A stretch of DNA of 36,745 nucleotides from Trichomonas gallinae (lineage: Eukaryota), in NCBI GenBank assembly GCA_008369845.1, contig MRSU01002278.1:1-36745 (forward strand), given 5' to 3'. Below, piece by piece: positions 30,982 through 36,745 of the stretch (positions are counted from its first letter, which is position 1; every line of letters begins with the position of its first letter). Below the pieces are notes generated by a model. The model had not been told where the DNA came from, searched no databases, and saw only the letters and a list, made by a program, of their open reading frames with translations. A program made the position numbers and the translations under genes.

Positions 30982-31135
30982 GTAAAATATAAAATTGTCA
31001 CGTAAAATTTATAAATGACATGTAAAATAATTAAATCTTATGTTAAATTATTTAACGCATAATATTATTATTTGTTACGTAAAATAATTAATTGACACAT
31101 AAAATAAATATATGACGTGTAAAAATAATTTGTCA
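30979..31135. repeat. Degenerate 20-bp-period array (8 units) in a divergent promoter
   Basis: YRYRTAAAAT-type cores start at 30979, 30999, 31019, 31039, 31056, 31076, 31096 and 31116. Confidence 0.82.
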
Positions 31136-31294
31136 TAATTTAACCTTATTGATGCTATCACGCCCGTATGTAACTGCAAAATTTGATAATCTCATAGAAT
31201 TATTTAAGATAATTATATAAATGTTGGAAATTCCATTAAAACAAAATGATTTACAATGAGCTATGCAATATTTGTCAACAAATATAAAAATCAA

Positions 31295-31999
31295 ATGGAT
31301 TTTGAAGGAAAATCGGTGATTATCGCTGGATGCGTCAGAGAATTTGGAAGTCTTCTCGCACTTGATATTGCCGAAAAAGGAGCCGAGCAAATAATATACA
31401 TAGATTACGACGAAAATGCTTTATGCAAACTCGAAAATGATATTAAAAAGTTTAATACTGAATTTTATAAGATGGTAAAAAAAGTTACCGAACCATATGA
31501 TGCAACTGATGTTTTTGTATTTATTCAAAAAGCTGCAAAAGAAGGTGTTGATATCTTTATAAATATTTCTTCATTTTTGTCCAAAGACTTATTAGCCGAA
31601 TCACTTAAAAATAGCTCGTCTAACTTTGGCAACCAATATAATACGGAATTTACAAATGTTGTCGATTTAACAAATCAAATCTCCAAGATAATGTGCCCTG
31701 ATGGTTCAATTGTCTTTGTTTTACCCCCATATAATGCTGATACAACTTCTATTTTATGTGCAAAATCATCTTTAGAAATGTTCACGAAGACAGCTGCCCT
31801 TGATCTTGGAAGAAAGGCTAAAATCCGTGTCAACTCTGTTAGAGTTGGTTTTATCGATCAAACAGCGAAAGAAAATAAGCCAGATAAGAAATTTGTGCAA
31901 GCCGAAAACATTAAGAATGTTACCATGTTTTTAGCATGCGATCTATCTCGTGATATCACAGGAACAATCCAAGTCGTAGATAATGGCTATAAATTGTAA
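31295..31999 (+). CDS. Atypical short-chain dehydrogenase/reductase (SDR)
   Basis: MDFEGKSVIIAG, GSIVFV, AKSSLEMFTKTAALDLG, IRVNSV..GFI, FLACDLSRDITG..VVDNG. ATG at 31295 preferred; an in-frame ATG at 31256 is also possible. Confidence 0.88.
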   Translation: MDFEGKSVIIAGCVREFGSLLALDIAEKGAEQIIYIDYDENALCKLENDIKKFNTEFYKMVKKVTEPYDATDVFVFIQKAAKEGVDIFINISSFLSKDLLAESLKNSSSNFGNQYNTEFTNVVDLTNQISKIMCPDGSIVFVLPPYNADTTSILCAKSSLEMFTKTAALDLGRKAKIRVNSVRVGFIDQTAKENKPDKKFVQAENIKNVTMFLACDLSRDITGTIQVVDNGYKL

Positions 32000-32572
32000 T
32001 TTTATTTTTCATTATTTTTATTTCGAGTAAAAATATACTAATATTAAACATCAGAAGTCAAACTACACTGACATATTCAATAATCTAGACCGTTTACATC
32101 GAATTTAGAAACTGTCCGTTAAATGAAGCCTTCATTAAAGCCGTATCGCCGAAATTTAAATATAATTTTAGCATCAAATTTTAGTATATTTAATGTTGTC
32201 TAAAGCATTCAGGATCCAAAAAGTTAAACTCATCTAAGTTTTAATCAAAAAAAAAAAGCATGCGGAAATTATTAACGTTTAATAATTAGAAATTTGGCAA
32301 ATTCACGGGATTGCATAGCATGTTGCATCAATGAATAAATGTCTGACTAAGACACTCTCCTCTCGTTGCATAACTCTCAGTCTACAGAAAGTTATTGTTT
32401 CATTAAAGTAATTAGTGAACTTGCTTCTGATGTTTGTTCAAAAATTTATTGATAATCTTCGCAAAACATCAAAAATGAATCGTTAATATTTGATGTCAAA
32501 TATAGCCTGGTATCATCAATTATTAAATAAAGTATTTGTACGAATTGCAAAAAATGAATATATATAGATAAT

Positions 32573-34063
32573 TTATTCGTCTTCCTTTGGTTCCTCAACA
32601 GGAGCTTGTGGCTCATCATCACTCTTCTCTCCGACTTCTTCTTCCTCGTCTTCACCATCATCTGATGATGGTTTCTTATCTGGGTTGAAATCTTCATCTT
32701 CTTCTTCATCTGAATCTGTTGATCCGAGCTTCTTCATTGCCTCCTGCTCCTCGCGGATCTTTCTCATTGTGGCAACTCTTGATGCTCTGCCATCGCCGGA
32801 TGTGAGCAATAATGTTTCCTGGAACTCTTCTGCCAGGTCGATGCTCTTAATCGTGAGGCCGGCGTGCTTGAAGAAGTCGAGCATTGCACCGAAGTCTTTA
32901 TGCGGGATGTTGATGAACTCGATTGGCTTTCCACCTTCTTCTGAGATTCCGAGATCGAAGCACTTTGTATTACGCATCGTATCCTTGTCGATCTTCTTGA
33001 ATTCCACTGAGCTGACGGATGAGTATGGGATGATCCTGGCCTTAGGAAGAATGATGAAGTGCTTGTTTGTCATGAAGAGATTGCTCGATGTTGTCTTGAA
33101 GCTACCTTGAACAGCATTCGAACCATCTGCTGCGTGGAAGAAGCCTTCGTGCTCGACTTCCTTCTTTGCAGCATATTGGTCGAAGAGCTTGCAAATTGCA
33201 TCTGATGCCTTCATTGTTGAATCTGGAATGTTAAGAATCTTTGGAATTTCCTTATCATCTGTCTCAACAACGATGTCATTGTATTCTTGACGGCCTTTCT
33301 TAATTGGATGAGAAAGTGTGATAACAACATATTCGTTTTTGCTCTCTGGAACTTGTAAACGATGAATCATACGAATATTGTTGTATTTAACCTGGAAATG
33401 TAATTGATCGTACTGAATAAACAAGAAATCATCGCAATATCTGAAATCTGCAGTGCCCGGTGGCTGTTTGAGCGTAAGTGAGTTGATTTGAGCGAAGTAG
33501 TTATCTGCTGCTGTGAAGGATTTCATGTTATTTCTAATATTAGCGACAATATCGGTAACTTTTTCTTTTCCATTTTGTGGGACAAAAATGCAAACTGATT
33601 CGAGCTGAATGCCCGATGACTTTCCCTCATGTGCAATTGTAACCAAGAAATCGTTCTTAGCTGGCTGAGTGTTTGTAATTGTTTTGTATGGAACTTTGAA
33701 GATTGGTTTTCCATCTTCATTGATCCAGAATGCGTGCTCGTTATGATTGAAAACGCCCTCATTCAAACCAGAAACAGAGAAACTCTCTGGGATTGGTTCT
33801 GCATCTAATTCTGTTTGCATAGCGTGGAAGAGTCCACTGCGGTCAGATTCGGAGAACATTGAAAGAGAGTAGAATTTCTCGCCTGCTTGAATATGAAGGC
33901 AGTAAAGTGATGCTGTAAACTGAGCCCATTCGCAATAATCAATGTCGCCGCGGTTGATTGTAACGGGCTTTCCTTCACTAGGAGTGATAAGCATCTTACC
34001 GCCGCCGATTTCGACCTTTGATCTGCATGAATTGAAATAGATATTCTCGTATTTCACCGACAT
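32573..34063 (-). CDS. SSRP1: FACT complex subunit SSRP1/Pob3 (no HMG box)
   Basis: Ordered matches to the SSRP1/Pob3 PH-like domains: VSGLNEG, FKVPY, IFVP, PPGTADF, VITLSHPIKKGRQEY, GSFK, FDL, FINI..DF..LDFF. Acidic tail DSDEEEDEDFNP. Confidence 0.9.
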   Translation of the reverse strand: MSVKYENIYFNSCRSKVEIGGGKMLITPSEGKPVTINRGDIDYCEWAQFTASLYCLHIQAGEKFYSLSMFSESDRSGLFHAMQTELDAEPIPESFSVSGLNEGVFNHNEHAFWINEDGKPIFKVPYKTITNTQPAKNDFLVTIAHEGKSSGIQLESVCIFVPQNGKEKVTDIVANIRNNMKSFTAADNYFAQINSLTLKQPPGTADFRYCDDFLFIQYDQLHFQVKYNNIRMIHRLQVPESKNEYVVITLSHPIKKGRQEYNDIVVETDDKEIPKILNIPDSTMKASDAICKLFDQYAAKKEVEHEGFFHAADGSNAVQGSFKTTSSNLFMTNKHFIILPKARIIPYSSVSSVEFKKIDKDTMRNTKCFDLGISEEGGKPIEFINIPHKDFGAMLDFFKHAGLTIKSIDLAEEFQETLLLTSGDGRASRVATMRKIREEQEAMKKLGSTDSDEEEDEDFNPDKKPSSDDGEDEEEEVGEKSDDEPQAPVEEPKEDE

Positions 34064-34187
34064 TTGGTAATTTTTTTTATCGTCCTTGATTTTTTTTTAA
34101 ACGTGAGAAAAACAAATTTTCTTTTTTATTTTATATCCTGTCTTCTCTTTGCTTTTTATATTTATATTTTAAAAATTATTCATTATC

Positions 34188-34473
34188 AGTCAATTATTGA
34201 AATTTTGAAATTTTTATTTTTTGATTTTAGGCCATGGTTGCTCTAAATATATATTATTTTTATATGACTGATTTTAAATTTTAAAACAATTGAATACTAG
34301 TAAATTCTCGAAATTTTGAAATTTTTATTTTTTCGTTTAAGGTCATTAGTGTTATAAAAATATATTATTTTTATATGACTGATTTTAAATTTTAATACTA
34401 TTGGATATTAGTCAATTATTGAAATTTTAATTTTTTTAGTTTATTGTTTTAGATCATTGGTGTTATAAATATA
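34188..34473. repeat. Tandem repeat, 111-bp period, ~2.6 copies
   Basis: Units start agt.aatt.t.gaaatttt at 34188, 34299 and 34410; the block atatattatttttatatgactgattttaaattttaa occurs twice identically. Confidence 0.92.
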
Positions 34474-34823
34474 GTTAATATTTACTAAACCAGTTCAATA
34501 TTAAACTTAAAACAGATGTCTGTCAGATAATTCATAAAAATTATATTTACATCATTAGATTGCCATGTACACTTGTGTATTAGATTTTAGATCATTATTT
34601 CTATTAATTCTGCGTTGTTTACTAGTAAATGGTCGTGTTATATTTTTTGATAATTTTATTTTCATGGCTAAAAAGAGTGTAAATCGATTTTAATTGTCTG
34701 TACATAGCATATTATATATTAAGAAAAGTAAGCGGGAAAAAACTGAATGATTGAAAAATACAAACATTGATTTATAAAAATACAAGTCTAAAAGTTGGAT
34801 AGATAAAAGGACAGCAGGTATAG

Positions 34824-36188
34824 TTATACATTTTGGGATGATTTCTGTTGATCGTTGAGTAATTCGACGAGATCATCCATTCCTGCAAGTTTTGCAAAGA
34901 ATCTAGCGTTTTCAAATCCACCCTTATCATTCTCTTCGTCACTGCTGGTATCAGAGCTGCTGGAGTCGGAAAGTTCTTCCATATCCAAAGAAACGAAAGG
35001 AGTTGAATATTCAATATTATCTTGATAATCCGAGGATTCTTCACGTGGCCTTTCACCACCGTAAGCTCCATTTCGTATTCTAACGTGAGGATCAATAATA
35101 TCATTATGGAATTCTTTCCATGCGGGAGTATTCAACGAAGGGATCTGATAAAGTGCCTCAGCGAGGGTCCACACATAAGGGTTGGTTTTGCTTATCCTGC
35201 AATTCATTATTCTGTCTATTAATGAAAAATCTCTATTAAGTTCGATTAATTTTTTGATCGTTAGAAACGGAAGCGCTTTTGATATAGCAGCACATAGTTG
35301 GGAAAGTGAGTTCTCTTCAAAAAGGAGGTTGATATATTCGTCCGGAAAATATTTGAAGAGAGAAATGGCGCAGGCCTTGATATAATCTGTCTTATGGCAA
35401 TCAAAATCAAATTTTTCGGCATATGATTGAATAATTGTCTTCGCATTCTCATCTTTTCCGATAGAATTAATTCTTTCGAGGACCTGGAATAATTTAAATG
35501 CTAGCAATGGATTTCCTGGTTTTATAGCCTCGTCGAGGATAATTTTCAGAACCTCTTCTGTTTCGAATAAATGAAATAAATCTTTTTTAAGCTTCAGCAT
35601 TTGTTTCATAGCAGAGGCTGTATTTAGTGCATTGGGGCCTTTAACAGTATTCGTAAATCGAAGAATTAAGTTTAAATCAACGCCAAATTGATTCATAAAT
35701 TCTGTAGTAAGAGTTACCCATAATTCCGAGTACGCGTACATGTTTATGTTGTCAATTAGAAAAGTGGCGAGGTCAGGAAGGTTCGCAAGGTAGTGGCCAT
35801 TCGTTCTATGTACAATCGAATCTAAAATCCTCTGGAAATTTCCAGCGATCTTATTAATTTTCGCGTATTGTGTGTTTGGGAAATTTTGAATAACGTTTAA
35901 AAATAAGGAGCTTTGGCTAAATTTTTGTTGGGTTTCTTTCGTATTTGTCGTTAAAAAAAGCATTACATTTGAGATCGCCCTTGATGAGTACCCAATTTCC
36001 TGTGCTTTATCAGTAAGTGCGATATCCAATATCGTAGGAAAGATTTCTTCTGATAATAAAAAATCATTCAATTTTTGATGTCCCGTTTTGACAGCCTGCA
36101 CGAATGCGGACGTACTCAGCACTGTTTGAAGAGATGGTTTGCAAGCCTGAAGGATATCGTCGAGCGATTCAGGCTCAGATGTTGACAT
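34824..36188 (-). CDS. SAPS-domain-like protein (SIT4/PP6 phosphatase-associated regulatory subunit family)
   Basis: N-terminus LDDILQ...SLQTVL...FVQAVKTGHQKLNDFL fits the SAPS pattern; AGNFQRIL; WKEF near the C-terminus; acidic Ser-rich tail. Confidence 0.72.
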   Translation of the reverse strand: MSTSEPESLDDILQACKPSLQTVLSTSAFVQAVKTGHQKLNDFLLSEEIFPTILDIALTDKAQEIGYSSRAISNVMLFLTTNTKETQQKFSQSSLFLNVIQNFPNTQYAKINKIAGNFQRILDSIVHRTNGHYLANLPDLATFLIDNINMYAYSELWVTLTTEFMNQFGVDLNLILRFTNTVKGPNALNTASAMKQMLKLKKDLFHLFETEEVLKIILDEAIKPGNPLLAFKLFQVLERINSIGKDENAKTIIQSYAEKFDFDCHKTDYIKACAISLFKYFPDEYINLLFEENSLSQLCAAISKALPFLTIKKLIELNRDFSLIDRIMNCRISKTNPYVWTLAEALYQIPSLNTPAWKEFHNDIIDPHVRIRNGAYGGERPREESSDYQDNIEYSTPFVSLDMEELSDSSSSDTSSDEENDKGGFENARFFAKLAGMDDLVELLNDQQKSSQNV

Positions 36189-36673
36189 TTGTGATATTTA
36201 CAAATTCTTGATTTTGAGGGAAAATGTAAAAAAATTTGTTGACTGTCCACTCTTCGAGAAAATCCTTATTTAGCTTATCGGAAATCCATTTATCAAAACG
36301 TAAAAAATATGTCCGGTATATAATCTTGAGAAAACATGATCGTTCGAAAAATCGTTGAAAGACTTATTGCAAAGATCGTTGTAGTGAGCAGGAATTCTCC
36401 GATATTTGATTTGACACATTGAAATAGTAAATTTTGCTTCAATTCTGATTTGAATTTACTATTGGTATTGTATATGATATTTGATGTTTACGTGGCAGGA
36501 CATTTTGTCAAATTTCACTTTTGAATGTCTATCAAAACAATGTTTATAAATGCAATATACTTTATAAACAAATTATCGAATTTTCAGGTTTTGTAAACTC
36601 AAAACTTTACGTGTCAAGTTCGGAATAATTTTTGCTTGCATTTTGAACTTATAAATGAGATATTTACTATAGT

Positions 36674-36714
36674 CGCGGGATAAATAGGCAAACGCGGGAT
36701 AAATAGGCAAACGC
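36674..36714. repeat. Perfect 19-bp tandem repeat; possible DNA-transposon terminus
   Basis: cgcgggataaataggcaaa at 36674-36692 and 36693-36711, plus cgc; preceded by TA (36665-36666) and ctatagt. Confidence 0.85.
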
Positions 36715-36745
36715 TATTTTGAAAGGATTTTATTTTAGGTTATAT

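Noticed and set aside
30979..31135. CRISPR-like interpretation of this and the other repeat arrays
   Set aside because: Eukaryotic context, degenerate contiguous units, no unique spacers and no cas genes.
32030..32450. Coding-looking stretch after the SDR gene (e.g. YIEFRNCPLNEAFIKAV)
   Set aside because: Interrupted in the plus-strand frames I read and no family could be assigned.
36330..36450. Possible box C/D snoRNA or 28-aa ORF upstream of the SAPS-like gene
   Set aside because: Box C is non-canonical, no terminal stem and no evident guide sequence. No tRNA or rRNA was recognised anywhere in the window.

Overview
AT-rich eukaryotic DNA with long intron-less ORFs and short UTRs. The gene families (DUF3447-type ankyrin protein, transmembrane-cyclase-type protein, BspA-like remnants) and core-promoter motifs (TCAY initiator, AAAGTGAC) point to a trichomonad (Parabasalia); this assignment is inference. 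About 15 genes are supported: a USP34/USP9X-like giant, a multi-TM PAS/cyclase-like protein, a CEP290-like coiled coil, a small MGxxxS ORF, a Q-rich protein, a short coiled coil, an ankyrin protein, a ChAPs/exomer-like adaptor, an APC amino-acid permease, a dual-specificity phosphatase, a tail-anchored protein, a PAP2-like membrane protein, an SDR, SSRP1/Pob3 and a SAPS-like protein. Two themes stand out. (1) Four intact ORFs from unrelated enzyme families (USP, class III cyclase, PAP2, SDR) lack canonical catalytic residues and are candidate pseudoenzymes. (2) The intergenic DNA carries motifs phased at 20 bp: four RCCCCT pairs spaced exactly 20 bp apart, an 8-unit ~20-bp array, and a recurring TGWCAYGTAAA motif, suggesting an uncharacterised cis-regulatory grammar. 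Decayed ankyrin and BspA-like fragments, several tandem repeats and a possible DNA-transposon end are also present. All family calls come from motif recognition by eye; no database search was run.
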